Positions 25,735-39,581 of a stretch of 64,000 nucleotides of DNA are shown in pieces. Every line of letters begins with the position of its first letter. The stretch's first letter is position 1. The stretch comes from Hyphochytrium catenoides (lineage: Eukaryota > Protista > Hyphochytriomycota), in assembly GCA_900088475.1 (NCBI GenBank), contig FLMG01004215.1:1-64000 (forward strand), in the 5' to 3' direction. The notes under the pieces are model-generated. The model did not search any database. It saw only the letters and a list, made by a program, of their open reading frames with translations, and was not told the origin of the DNA. The position numbers and the translations under genes were made by a program.

Positions 25735-28700
25735 CTACATTTGATATCCCAAAAGCGCGTCAGAGGTCATCTGAGACCTACATATCTTGGCGTAATCTCC
25801 TATCATGGCTTTAAAGCGCATCTTGTGCGGCAGTAAACTGCAGGACCAATAAGCAGAGAGTAGGTGGAAATGAGAGCGAGGGTGAGAGCGGATAGAGAAA
25901 TAAGACGCTACGAAATGGGGAAGGGGTTCGGATAGGGTTGGGGGCAAATAGAGAGAACGACAGCTTTGGGTCTGAAGCCGGACGCTTAAAGGCTACCTTC
26001 CCTCTACTTACCTAATCATCAACTGCAGTGTGAGATTCCTGTCACCTGTACTGAGTCCAGGACAATTCACTTTTCCCAACTCTGCCCGCAGTAACTCGGC
26101 CGCCTCTTTTCTAGCCAAAGTCAAAACGCTGTGTAGCGCTTCCGCAACATGGGGGATAAGAGGTGAAGGGGCGGATACTTGCAGTGAGGTCATGATCTGC
26201 TGTACCACGAAGGGGAGATTTTTGTGCAGAAAATCAAGGATCGGGCCATGCTGAGATAGGGATGGGTTACACCTACACAGGAAAGGGGAACGTGAGAAAG
26301 AGTGACCTAAAGAAAACGTCTAGCCTGTGTGGCCAGGAATAAGGGCCCTTCACGGACAAAGGAAGACCAAGAGACAAGGTATGATCGTTTAATAGGCCAA
26401 GAGGAATGGCAGAGACAAAGGTGAAGTCACACGTCTAGTATTTGTCAAGTAGTACATAGTAACCCGAGGATGAGGGGTCAAACAGGAAGGGTGTAAGTGT
26501 TCCTGAAGCCCTTACTTTGACACCATTTGGTTGATGAAATTTACAGCGGTCCTAGTAGAATCTCTATGTTGGTTCTGGAAGCAGCAAAGCCCCAGGTAGC
26601 TGAGGTCGGAGAGGTACTTGCTCTGCAGCAAAGCTTCCGGACAGAATAGAAGATATCGAAAAAGAAGCTGTTTCCACGTTAGAATCAACAAGAGTGCAGC
26701 ATGGCCCTTTCTACTACTTATTAGCCCCATTCTGTCCTTGACCCTTTATGTGCTTTTTAAATGTCCTCCGCACCCTTCTCTTTCTTCTTTGCCTCTTCCA
26801 GTACTTGTCCTACTTCACCATCTTCCGTTCCGTACATAGTTCTCCACCTCTTTGGTTTCTGACTGTCCATCTAGCTCGGTTGCCTCAACGTCTATTCTCT
26901 ACTTCTAGCCTATGACATCCCTCACCTCATAGACCGATTGTATCAAATCTGGAGAAGTGTCAATCGGCAGATTCTGGTAATAAGAGCAAGTTCTGGCGCC
27001 AATCTTCTCAATCGCATCCTTAAAAACGAGCTCGGTGTCTATCACACAGACTGTTAGACAGACGCTGTTTATAGAGAACACCCGCCCAGGAAGATATGGG
27101 AGAACGGGAGATCGTAGACTACGTAGAACATCAGAAACAGAGTAGGCTCACTGAGATCAAAGCGGAGGCACTGCTATGGATTGCTTACCCTCGTCCCTTT
27201 CTCTTATCACTTCAACTGCAACTTCCAGGCACGAGAGACAACAAGGGAAGAGAGTAACCTCGAATGTCCTGACGGCTTGCTGCACAATTCCTACAAACTC
27301 TGGGGAAGAGATCGATCCAGCTGCTAAAGTGGTGAGCGCACGGCTATAGAAGTCAAAAACAGCGCCTAAGGCTCGTTCGCTGTTCTGAAAGTCACTGTTC
27401 AGAGAGACAGCTACAGGTAACATCTTGCCAACTAGTTCCCGTGCAATCATCTAAGCAGGTGGAGGGAGTTCAGCAACGAGTAAATATCAAGGAATGAGAG
27501 CCCGGACTACATCGCATTGACATATATGTTGACTAAATACTGGTAGAGGACAAAGTAGAGAGCGGCGATTGCATTGACAAGATAAACAGAGGACCATGAC
27601 TGGTGCAATAGAACTGTGCCAGACACAATACAACCATGGTGGAGGTAAATATAACATTAGGCATTAGATGCAGCTGGTGCTCCAGCTCCTTGCGAGGAGA
27701 AAGCGGGTGTCCATAGATTGAGCGCAAGGATCCAGCGTCTCTCACCTGCTTCTCGTCTTGCCGCTGCGCGCTGTCTAAGAACCTTATTACCGTGACGACC
27801 CGAGTCAGCTCGGTCTCTACGGTCTCTGCACCCTGCGTAGAGTTGTTTTTGTGCTGACGAAGCCACTCGAGTGCCTGCAGTCTCTTCGCTACAAGAGCAG
27901 TGAGGAAGCCATAGCACCTCTCTCTGTCTAGATAGGTGGAGATTCGGGTGACCCCTTCCACTAGGACGGCGCTATCAGAAGATGGAAGTCCTGCTTGAAA
28001 GGCATTCTCCACGGACGAGAAAAGGGAGTCAAAGTCTAACTGCTGCGCGGTGCTGGCATGCGAGCTTATGCATAGCTGCCTCAAAGCAGCACAAGTGTTG
28101 GTTTGGCTTCTCTTCAAGGGGAGAGAGGAAGCGACAAAGGTGATGGCCTTTGGACAAGGAGAGGGATGACGTAAGACCACTGAAAGAAGTTACGGGTGCT
28201 GTGAGAAACAACAAAGCAGGCGAAGGAAAGCAAGAAAGCTGAAATGTGATTGAGTGTCGATATCGCGAAGGAGTAGCAGGGAGTCAGAATGGAGGGAGAG
28301 ACGGCCGAGGTTTCTGGCAGCAATGTAGGATTAAAAGTGAGAGAGGTCACTAACTTCTTTCCAAAGGTCGATGCCTGCAGGGGAGAAGGTGGCAAGATGG
28401 CAGAGCCACTCTGAGAGCTTTCCTGTAAGCACTACCGCCGTTGACACCTCATCGGGTTGAAGCCTGCCCTCTCTACTAACTGCGAAGATCTTCTGAAGCA
28501 CAGTCGCAAGCGACCTCTGTGTTTCCTCAAGCTCCCCGTTGTTCTACCAGATGCAGAAGTTGAATAGTAGGAATAAGCATTAGCGTTGAGCTTACCCCTC
28601 GCCGAAGAATCAGCGAGTCCTTAGTTCAGATCCTTTCATCCGCAAGCTCTCTAGTGTCATCCACAGCACATATCCTTATCTCTTCCTCTCCCCTACTGGA

Positions 28701-30997
28701 CGTATTCTCTAGCAATAGTTCATTCAAGTAATCCTTACCTTGGTAGCGCCATCACCTGGGACTATCCTTATCACCACTTCAGGCGCCACGCAGGAAAGAA
28801 TATAGAGGCTGCTTTCTACGATCTGCCAGTGCTGGACGATTAATTCACGTCAATAAGGGTCCAGGTTAGCCATACGTTATTTAGTAATCCAGGCATGCTG
28901 CGTCTTCTTCCAACTTTTCACAATTTTACAGACATTGATGCTTTGCTCCTTACCCGCTGTGTCGACCCATTTATGTTTGTCTCTATTAACCCTGCCAGAT
29001 AACTGCAGAGAGAAGAGCGTAGGAGGAAGTAGATGGAGACCAGCAGTTCTGCAGGGCCATGGGCAGAAGAGCGGAACATGCGGAAGTCCTCCTCGTTCTC
29101 CTGGCCCTCGTATCCCTCCCAAGAGGAAAGATAGTCGGCAGGAAAAGCGCATTGGTGCACAAAGACGGCCAGCAGCTGTTGGTAGAGAGGCTGCCCCAAA
29201 GAAGGATGCCTCTCTTCCAAAGGAATGTCCTGAAGAGGGCGTTACATTTAAGAGATAATCCACACAAATACGCTGTAGTGAATGGCTAAAAAGGCAGAGA
29301 TAAAACGGGCAGAGAATCGAGGTTCTCAAGGAGAGTTTTCCACCTGTAAATCAGCCCAGAAGTCGAGCGTCATTGCCGCTATCGGCTTATACTTGCATGC
29401 AGTACAGTGCACCATGAGCTCCATAAAGGGGATAGTGGGGCCCTGGCCGGAGGACAGCAGAGTTACCTCGGCCTCCGCTGTTGCAACCACCAGCGAGACA
29501 AAAGAGTGAAGAGCTCCCTCTTTGTCAACGGAGGCCTGATTGTTCTCCACTAAGTGGCGCAAGGAGGCGAGAGTTTGTAGAAGAAGCGAGACTGCGGAAT
29601 CTCTAATCGACCCCGCTATGGAAGAGGACCGATTACTAATGGCTTCTGCCAAGACATCCGCAGCTGACTCAAGCAGAGGCCCGCAGTTGCCTGCAGTTGT
29701 TAGAGTTATATGAGCTTTGTGTTCTATGTGAACCAGGAACAAGAGGTCTATATGTTGTCGGCATGTTGCTCTCTTAAGGCGCCACCTACCTTTTAACATG
29801 CCAAGGAGGCTATCAAAAAGCTCTCGATGGGATATGAACATGTCCTCAAGTGCAATGCTGAGGCAGCAGATCCACCTTTTGAGGCAGGACAGAGACAATT
29901 GCTGCAACGATGATGTCGATCCAGACCTACAGACAAAGGTAACGAGCTGCGCAGCAAAAAAAAGTGACTACTACTGCCTGATGAGTAAGCGCGACGGAGA
30001 AGAGTGGTACCTTCAATACATTATCTTGATGCTTTCTTAACTCATCCTTGGTGGCTCGCTGCTTTTGAATGGTGATTTGTGCTGAGAGCCCGAAGAGGGA
30101 GGTAAGGGAACAAGACAAGGTGTATAAGCCATGGTAGAGGCAGAAAGTTTGAGACCAAGAATCGAACATGCTCATCACAAGGTCAAAGACGTGCCAGAGG
30201 GAAAGAGCGTCGACATATAGGAGCGATTAAGCCGACCCGCAGTAGGAGCAGGGGATGGCCCTATATGAAGAGGAGAGAAGCACGAGAGAACCCTGAACAT
30301 TGTTGCGGTACTGACCTGAGTATACGTCATACTCAGAAGCCAGAGCTAGTAGAATGTCCAGCCCGGTCGACAAGAGAGGCAGCTGAGATGTCGCTGACAA
30401 TCTTAAGGCTTGCTCAATGAGGGGAGGGACAGCTTCAGAAGTCATCGCGAGGACAGCGAGAGCAAGGCAGATGCGTTGGATGACGACGGGAGGAAACCGA
30501 GGACTGGGGCCGCCGTTGCTATCAGTGAGCATGCCCAATAAAGCCTGCATGACCCCATGCACCAAGTTACTAGGAGAGGTAGCACCGCTGTTTCGGGCCT
30601 ATGGGGACATTAAAGGCGCAGAGCCAGGGGAGGTAAGAAACGCAAATCAAGCAAAATCTGCCTCGGTAAGTACCGACCTTTGAATAAACTAAGTTCGCAG
30701 CAAAGTACTGGACCTCTACAGCTAGGCCCTGGGCCTTGAGAAGATTTATGCCTACCGTCCACGCTTCCTGGGAAAAGCATCAACGGACATTGGTGGTTCA
30801 TCCCTTTCACCAGCACAACAGAGTAGACCGTGGTACCTCGGATTCAGCTAAAGCCACGAGAAAAGCGTTTGCTTGAACTGCATTTGGCCCCTGAGACATC
30901 ATTAGAGTGTTGTTGATGGAAATACCATCCCGACACTCGGTACCTGACTATATAGCTCATGAATAGCCTCGAAGGCATGCTTAGTGGCATCGTCCAT
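25735..30997 (-). CDS. Importin-beta family protein, importin-13/transportin-SR (TNPO3/Mtr10) subgroup, multi-exon
   Basis: MDDATKHAFEAIHELY..ANAFL..EAWTVGINLL..EVQYFAANLVYSK, QRICLALAVL, AMTLDFWADLQ, EEDFRMFR and WQIVESSLYILSCVA; C-terminus RFKAMIGDYAKICR. Confidence 0.8.
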
Positions 30998-31920
30998 TTC
31001 TAGTTGCTGAGGGACTATCTCTCACTGACCGCCGCAGCAACTCCTCTCAGCTAGCGGTCCGCCCTCCTTTGCTCTGGACGTAATACTGTCTTGATGGCTC
31101 ATACAATGATAGAGCCCACGAAGCACATCAGTCTTTGGAAGAGGTGTGCTCGATCTACCTCAAGGTCCAGACTATAGCAGCTCCGAACTCAGATAGCAAG
31201 CAGTTGACGATAAGAAGATAAATAATAAGAGCTTGAATGAAGCTTTGAAGCGAAGAATCTGCAATTTGGAGTCATCCAGAGCTCCCCTCTGACCTGCCTC
31301 GCATAGATCAACTCATGGATCACACATGACGCCCAAAATGATAACCTATATACTGATAATTGGAAGCGATTGTGAGTTGATGTTTGTTGAGAAAGAGCTC
31401 TTTGTAATCCTTTTGATTCACTTTTGCAGATTTTCAGCAGATTGTTCACGACTTTGCTTGCACAATGCCCAGTGCAGCTTGAAGACGTGTCGGCTCGCCC
31501 ACATCGATGGAACGTGCCTTTTTATTAGTTGTGAGGCCTCCAGGCTTTGAGAGATGTCGGTGAGGCTGGCTGGCTGTCATGCTGACATAGACAGGAACTT
31601 TCCCCTCTTTGGTGCCCGTCACCAGACGTATTTTGCACTGTTTGCTTGAAGCTTAGGGACACTAAGGGCTACGGAGCTTCTGATGACCTCAAGGGATCTA
31701 GAATGGTAACCTACGGGGTACCCAGCAGGGGCCATGATGCGGAAAGTTTTGCCATGTTTAGAACATCGTGGCTGGGCCGGTCATGTCATGTCGGCTGTTG
31801 GGTTGATGGATCTCCATCTCCGCATCAGCTTGACAAGAAGCTATGAGTAGAGGACCCTACCTTTGGAGGCAATAACGCCACAAAGTGAGGAATCTGTTCC
31901 CCGCGCGTGACTGTACGGCC

Positions 31921-34900
31921 ATGGCTGAAATGGAGAAGAGAGAAGAGGACCCTCTGCGCTCCAGGCGGCCGTGCAGAGAGTCTGTTTCTCCTACTGCTCG
32001 TGAGGAAGATACAGGGCAAGATTTAAGAGTCAGCCCAACGCTGCTAATAGACGAAAGTGGTTCCTCAACGTGGGAACCACCCCCAGTCTCCAGACCCTCT
32101 ATAATATCACCTCCAAAGCGAGTCAAGGGAGCAACAGAGTTCCAAGTGCTCTTTCCCTACGATCATCGCGGTCTAGGGATGGTCCTCAAGCCGGGTTATG
32201 GGCTCGGACTCCACGTCGCTGAAATGAAGGAGGGGCCTGCAGATACACTTGCTTTTATACAACCTACAGAGGACTTCATTGTGAGCGTTAATGATTGGGA
32301 CGTGACTGCCATGGACTTCACCCAGGTAAGGTTGTCTCTCCGACGTACAGGACTCATGCTCTTCCCTTATCAACTTCCTGCTGTAGGCCGTGGTTTTAGT
32401 TAAGCAACTGAAGTTTCCGAAGCGTGTCGTCTTCCGGCGGTATACTTACAGGGCGATAGAGAAGGCGCAAGATAAGGAACGGAGAAGATCTTCTCGAAGA
32501 TTCAGTCCGACTGCAATAGTGAGGGAGATTGTCAACACTGAGCCGACTGCCAGTAGAGCATCTGAAGTCCCCAGCAGTTCAAAGAGTCAGAAAAAGAGAA
32601 AAGCAACTGCATTAGTCTCTCCACAGCCTCCGGAGAAGAAAGCTGCAGTGGTGGAGATTGTATCTCTTGATAGTGATGACGAAAGTTCAGCCGCAGGATC
32701 GGTCCTTCAGCCCCTGGAATTAGTCGAACAGCAACTGCATACTCGGCCAAAGGGCCCTTCGGGGCCTAAGACGCGAAGTAGCCTAGCGGGCCTCCAAATG
32801 TACAACACTCGTTTTCAGAAGGGAGCAATTGTGAAGACGCTCTTTGGGCCAGGAGAGATTAAAGCCCACAAGGTAGTGCTCGCTGGGTCGGAGCCTTCAG
32901 GTCAGTTAAGAGCACTATTGGCGTTGACAAAGAACGACAACGTGAAGCCCTGAGCTCTGGCCCTACAAAAGTACTTGAACAGGGTATCAAAGGGGCACAG
33001 GACCGGGAGCATATAGCGATGGGTAGCCGGGAATCATGTCCATAAGAGCTTACCGACACGCGCTCCTTACATTTACTGTTGAACTTTCTAGTGGTTTACA
33101 CCGTGAAGGGGCAAGGTTTCATGGCATATGCTCAGGAGCAGACGCTGGTGGACCTTAGGGGCATCCCGGTAACCAGATACCCTAGGAACGCCACCAAGGT
33201 GAGATGGGAGCCCCAAAGAGAACCAAGGAATCTATTGAAGGCTAACGTACCTCTTTCCTTACGCTGTATGTAGAATGGCATCAATGTTACAGAGGCTGAT
33301 ATCTTCCGTTTAGGGCCCGGGCAGTATTTAAATGATAATGTGATTGATTTCTACTTCCGGTACGTTTGCCTTCCATCTCCATGCTTGATGCACTTAGTGA
33401 CCTTGTTTTATCTTTTCCTACCATTGCCACCTGACTGCACCCAGATACTTAGAGCAGACTGTTACGACGGGGAGCTCCTTCAGGAAGGTGCTCTTCATGA
33501 GTTCCTTCTTCTTCAAGAGCTTGATGCAGGCAAGCGAGAAGCACAGTGAAGAGGGAAGCTATAAGATCATGAGCAGATGGACCAAAGCAGTTGACATATT
33601 CAGTTGTGACTTTATCCTGGTGCCTGTCAACGATGCGTAAGTACCACTTTAGGGATGACTTTTATCTACTATCGTTATTCCTTAGGCAGCAGTGCTCCCT
33701 CTCCATATGTCTGTGGCACTGGCCCTATCCGTCTAATGTTCTCCCTGTATATCGTAGAGGGTGCCATTCTGGCGGTTAGTGTCTTTTTTGGGTTGCGGAT
33801 TATCTATTTTATTGTTTCCCAAGCTTAATCCCCTGACGTTGGCGCTGTTATTACCTTTTCTTTGCTCTGCGCCTTCGATCCCGGTGTGTTAAACTCAGAA
33901 TGCATTGGAGCTTGGCAGTGATATGCAACCCAGGGGTAAAACCGCAATCTTCAAGCTCAAGGCCAAGAGGGCAGGAGCCCATCAAGAAGAAAGACTTTTG
34001 CAATCCATTTGCCGGTTGCTTGGTACCAGCGACTAAAAGTGGTGAAATTCATCCCCCTTCTAAGAGTTCCATGGAACACTTGGTCAGTAATTCATCACCA
34101 CTTCCTGAAGCGTCCTTATCTGCCACTCCTGAGCCTTCTACGCGAACGCGAGAAGCTGTGTTGTCAGGAGGTACTGAGGACATGATGGACTTTGACGTGG
34201 AGAAGAAAGCCATTCTATCACAGAATTCTCCTCATATCCCTAGTCTGAGTGCGTTACCGCTACGTGGACTAGCAAGTTTTAAGGAGGATACCTTGGTTGA
34301 TTCTCTCCTGAAAAGACCAAATAGTCCACTGCCTGTTCTCAAATCAATTGAAGCTCCGACTGCACCTACGGTCAGATTGGATGACGCTGAGGTTCACCCA
34401 GCACTCTCCAGTAGTTTTGAAGGGCCGGAGAAGGGTAGGCAGTCGTCTTCAATGAACCCAAGCCCGTGCAAAGAGAATAATAGAAGAGATGGAGTCCTTG
34501 AGGAAATGGCAAGCGTTAGCTGTTCGCCTGCGGTGGAAGGTGCAGCCCTAAATGGTAAGCACCCTATAGACATCAAAGTGGACGGACGAGGCGCGGGTGT
34601 TGGCTTAGCCTCAGGCGCTGACCACGACGGGGATAAGAAGGAACGTGCAGTGGATGTAGAAGCACCAACCATCTTGGATAACCGGACTGAATCATTAGAA
34701 GAGCCAGAGCCACCGCTTGGCTCGAACCATACCCAGGTTGACGTCAAGGTTCTCCGTGCCAAAGAGAGAGATATGGAAGAGGTGAAAACAGCGGTTGGGA
34801 CGGATAGAACGGAACAAGGGAAACGGACTTCTGCCCCGTGTATATTGATGCTGGATTCATCCAAGTGCCACCGGACCCAAAAAGTTGTGAAGTTACTGAG

Positions 34901-35722
34901 AACGTAAGTACGATGAATGAGCCTTTTTCCTCTCTTCCTCTTCTTCTCCTTCTTGTCGTTCCTCCTTAGCGGCCCTGTCTTCACCTCACCATGGCCTACT
35001 AATTTGCCTCTGCTCCTGGCAGTTTTCTCAGTCTAGAATGGAAGCATCGGAAAGAGAAAGAACTAGGGGCGAGAAAGTTCGCAGCTACTGCTCTCCCGGC
35101 TGTGGTCCCAGCCACGGTAAGACTGTCATTGATATCTCGAATATTTAAGTATGGGAGTGGTCTGTCCCCCGATCTTGAACTCTCACCTTGTGTTCCGTGT
35201 GAGCAGTTCTCTGGTTGGGTTTACAGCGTGGTATCAGATTTTTGTTAGCACTGGTCCTAACTGCAGTCAATGCTGTTTCTTTTTCACTTTTTGTGCGGCC
35301 CTTTCTGGCCCTTCTCTATAAAGATCCCCCGCCAAGACAATGGGTGCGACTGCGGTGTGTTCCTTCTTCACTATGCCGAGCTGCTAGCTACAAGACCTCC
35401 AATGATAGATGAAGAGTTCATTCGCTCGAAAGGCGTAAAGGGAGGATTAGATAAGAGCTGGTTTAGGGCCTCAGAGATCAAGCAGAAACGGAGGAAGATC
35501 AAGGAGCTCATACTTACCCTAGCGCAAGACGAGGTCGAAGGAAGTATGGGCGAAGGGCCTGGAGTGCAAGAGAAAGAGAACGTAGAGTTGGAGAGGGTAG
35601 TGGGCGGTAGCCTGCCAGAAAGCAGTAGTGAGGGCACGGAGTCTGTTATGGGTAAGACTACCATGATAGTAGAAGAAGAGTTTGCTGGGCCTACAAGGAT
35701 GGAGCTGGAAAAAGAAGACTAG
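31921..35722 (+). CDS. Ulp1/SENP (peptidase C48) SUMO protease, Ulp2/SENP6-7-like, with N-terminal PDZ-like domain
   Basis: RLGPGQYLNDNVIDFYFR, FMSSFFFK, RWTKAVDIFSCDFILVPVN, catalytic HWSL, LDS and PRQDNGCDCGVFLLHY; PDZ-like GLGMVL..GPAD..IQPTEDFIVSVNDWDV. The start codon is tentative. Confidence 0.88.
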
Positions 35723-35970
35723 GGCAGAGCCTGGCTTGTATGTTGCCAGGTGTCATGTTTCTGAGTCCTCTTGGAGAGACCCAAATGAGTCCAAGTTTTG
35801 AGAAGTGGGAGAAACTCCGGCTTCGCTCGAAGCCTTATCATAGCTTAGAAAGAGGCGCTAGCTTGAGAGTGCTTCATAATTTATTGAGAGTTATAGCAAT
35901 GAGCCCGCTGAATACCGATGGCTCCCACCACAGAGGTCGTATCTCTTCTGTTATTCTTCTACTCCCCTCC

Positions 35971-38723
35971 TCACTTCTTCAAACGCCTATCGCACTCTTT
36001 GATGCAGTCCAACAGCCCTCTCACAGCTCGCTTGTTTTCTCCATCCGCTATCAAGCGGTCCAGGAAACGATCTATAAGTAAACGCAGAGCGTTCGGTCAG
36101 GAAGAGACACTAGGAGCGATGGATGTGCAAAAGCTAAACGATAGCAAAGTGTATAGGGAGGATGATGCATGGAAAGTGCTGGGTTTTGTGCTCTGTGGCT
36201 GTGATGATAGTGGAAGCTGCAAGCCCAACCCTGACTGCAGCCTGAGCAAGAGAGACGGATCTGTAACATACCTTCAAGCCCAAGTATGAGCTCCCTATCT
36301 TCGGTGCTCTGAATGTAGTCGTTCTGTCCATGATTTGAGGCAATTGGGACATTTTAGTCGTGAAGGCAAGAGTGAACAGTGGCGACACAGCAGGGGAAGA
36401 GATTGAGGATTATAGTGCGCGGCGACAACTGGTACCTTGTGAGTTTGGAGCTCCTCAGTATTATATAGTCGCGCAAGGAACTCAGACCCAACTATAAGGT
36501 CAATTTCCTACAGAAGATGAACAGAGACATCGGAGGTTAAGCGAGAGCTGGACTCATGGTACGTCAGGGGAAAGCTTGGAAATATAGAGAAGTTGAAACA
36601 GTCAGTTGGAACCTGCGAGAGTCAGAAGGGCAACAACCTTGACCGGCGAGGCAAGGGTAACGGCACAGGAAGAGTAGCGACAATCGAGCTAGAGCCATAG
36701 CCCCGAGCAAGCTTGCAAGTACCTTAAGCTTTTGGTAGTTCAGACTAAGATGTCTTGCCACGAGCATAAAGATATTCCTCTCTTGAATGGGAGGCATGAG
36801 CCTGAAAATAGGTGACAAACAGTGTCAAGCCAGGAGAAGAAGTAGAGTTAACCTAGGCCTGCTTTCCTCCCTCTTACCTACTCTCCTCAATGGCATCCAC
36901 ATGCCGCGCTAAGCCGTAAAGATAGTGCAGAACCATCACTTCCTGAGTCCGATTATAGGCAGGAACGTCCTGAAGGAGGGCGTCATTAGAACTGAATGCG
37001 GAAGGGAGATGATTGGTGGTAGAGCACTACTTGCACGAGAATGAGAAGAGGCAGGTGCAGGATTTAAGGGTACGAGTCGAAGTTCCCGGGTGTCTTTAGG
37101 AAGAGAGAGGCGGTCTCTTACTGATGGGTGATCAATTGCATCCGCTAAAACGTCAGCGCAATACTGGAGCAGCATCGGAAGATCCGTGGTCTGCAAAGTA
37201 AGGACGCGTAGGTGAGTTGTGCATGATCGGCCCAACAGGAGATTGAGTAAGGAAGCAGCTGGTAGCTAGAAGCTATTAAGACATCAGAGACTGGAATGGA
37301 AGGATAAGAGCAAGAGGAGAAAACTCTTAAGCTTCACAAAATGAACATCTCTCGCCTCACCTGCACGGCTTCCACGTGCATCCAAGCATTTCGCAATAGC
37401 AGTCCCATTGATGTCTCATATGAACTCATGAGCTCCATGATCTTAGCAGTCTGCATAGAATGAAGGTGGAAGAAGGTCACCGCCAGTAAAGAACAGGGCT
37501 GGATTGGGACTGGAGGTTGGTTTGGGCTGAAGATCGGTCAGAGCAACAGAAGACAAAGCAGCTTAAGGTAGGCGCAGCAGCGATGGCAGGCAAGAGATAC
37601 GGAAAGAGACTAACAAAAAAGCCCTCCCTAGCTAATGCTGTACGGGGTTGAAGACTGAAAGGTGGCGCTCTAGGGAAAGCTAAGGTTTCTATGCATAAGC
37701 TTAGCACTTGATGGAAGCTCTACCTTGACAACATCCTTCTTGTTGTTGAAGTCTCGTTGATACTTTCTGAAGTCAATCAAGCTCCGAAGACACCTGAAGG
37801 CACCGACAAGTGGAAGTGAGCGCTTCGGAAAGATGTGATGCAAGAAAACGCAAGTGATGCTTGAAGAAATAATGAAGGAGGTAGGAGGAGCCTAGGTGCG
37901 GACAAGTGCCAGAGGATGAACACGTTTCTTAGTGGAGGAGGGCAGAAGAAGAAAGCAACAAGGAAAGGAGAAAGCGAGAGGTAACCGGAGAAAAAGAAAG
38001 AGAGAGGCCATAATAGAGGAGTGAGCTAGCCAGAGACTCACAAGTTGAGCTTCCCGTCCTCAAGTATGAACCTGCAGGGTACACTACAGTCAGCTCGGCA
38101 TACTAAGACATTGCAACCAGTAGGGCCCCATACCTTAAGGCAAGCTCGTCACCTTCCCAGAGCGTCGCATCTTTCGTCGCGCGAGGAATCATTGTTTCCT
38201 TGGAAATTCACCGCCAGAAGAAGAAACATCAGAAATGGAGTTTGCAAGTGGAAAAGGACCTTGGGATACGAGGGTAGGATGTTAGGCTAGCGGTGTCCAG
38301 TCAGTAAGAGCTGCCACTCGAACATCGAAGAGAAGGGCTGTGCGGGGAAGAGCTGAAGAGAAGAGCTACCATCTCTGACACCGTGGCAATTTGTTCCAAG
38401 TTGGAGACCATGTTGCACCACTTCTCGGACATCACTGGGAAGTTGCCCTGAGCATCAGTAGAAGAGGGAGAGGACATGAAAGGACAGCGCATTAAATTCC
38501 GGCTTAGAGGGACAAAACAGAGATGCCAACGAACAGAGGGACAGAGAGAGCGAAGGAGAGACAGGACACCAGAGACTCCTAGAGCAAGGAGGCCCCGACA
38601 ATGTCATACCAGAGCTCGTATCCTTGACCGCAAGGCGGCTCCCAGCTTGTTCGAGATTGGATCGAAGGCATCCCCGGTATTATTCAATGAATAACGCTTC
38701 ACTTTTGCGCCAACGACCGCCAT
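35971..38723 (-). CDS. Uncharacterised alpha-helical protein, about 10 exons
   Basis: Phase-consistent GT-AG splicing gives MAVVGAKVKRYSL..RIRAL|GNFPVMSEKWCNM..|ETMIPR..LWEGDELALR|FILEDGKLNL|CLRSL..|..|DRFLDRL..KECDRRLKK*. No family recognised. Confidence 0.7.
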
Positions 38724-39071
38724 AGTTGCAGAAGGCTAATGGAGGAAGATATAGAGTCTTCGCTCGAGGACTGATGAGGTCAGGAACAGAGTCGTGGGGC
38801 TGTCTGTGAGCAGATGAGCGCGACAAGACTGGCGTTGGTTGTCGTCGGCGCTGCCAAATGTGGATATCCTCGGGTACTTCTTCCTCTTCTGGTAGCCATC
38901 GCACGGTCGAGCAGCGAGCCCGGTGAGAGGTGGGGTGAGAAGGGCTAAGACCGGTCCTCTGAGTAGAAGACAGGGAAAGGAAGGAGCGATAGTGATGGTA
39001 TTTATAAGAGCGGGAGAGCGAGTGAAAGGAAGATGTAGAGAGAGAGGGGAAAGTGAGGGATGGAGGGAGGG

Positions 39072-39108
39072 TGAGAGAGAGAGAGAGAGAGAGGGAGAGA
39101 GTGTGTGT

Positions 39109-39143
<35 letters not shown>

Positions 39144-39180
39144 TGAGAGAGTGTGAGAGAGAGAGAGAGAGAGAGAGAGT
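39072..39180. repeat. Compound (GA)n/(GT)n microsatellite
   Basis: Visible gagaga/gtgtga run. Confidence 0.92.
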
Positions 39181-39581
39181 GACAAAGAGATGATCCATCA
39201 TCAGCACCTAGACCATTTTCCATACTTATCCTAGATTAGATCAAGTATTCGGTAGCCTGTAAAGAATAAGCTCTATAAAGGTATACTGTTTCAGGATTGG
39301 TCGTTACAAAGTTCTCCCAGATGCAATGCGATGGCTGTTTGATGAGCGATGAAGGGCCAAGGAAGTTTCACATTTTTCTCTCTCTCCTTGAACCTGCTGC
39401 CCTAGCTCCTCCCCTGCGCTTCTCAAGAATAGGATGCTCTCTCACTTCGCTCCCTTCATGATTTGGATTTGTTGAGCGCACGCAGACCTAACTTCGTTTA
39501 AAAACCTAAGTCAGCTTATGGAAATTGTCACGTCCCGCTGCTCTGTGAGCGCTAGCACGAAATATTACCTCCTCTAGTATT

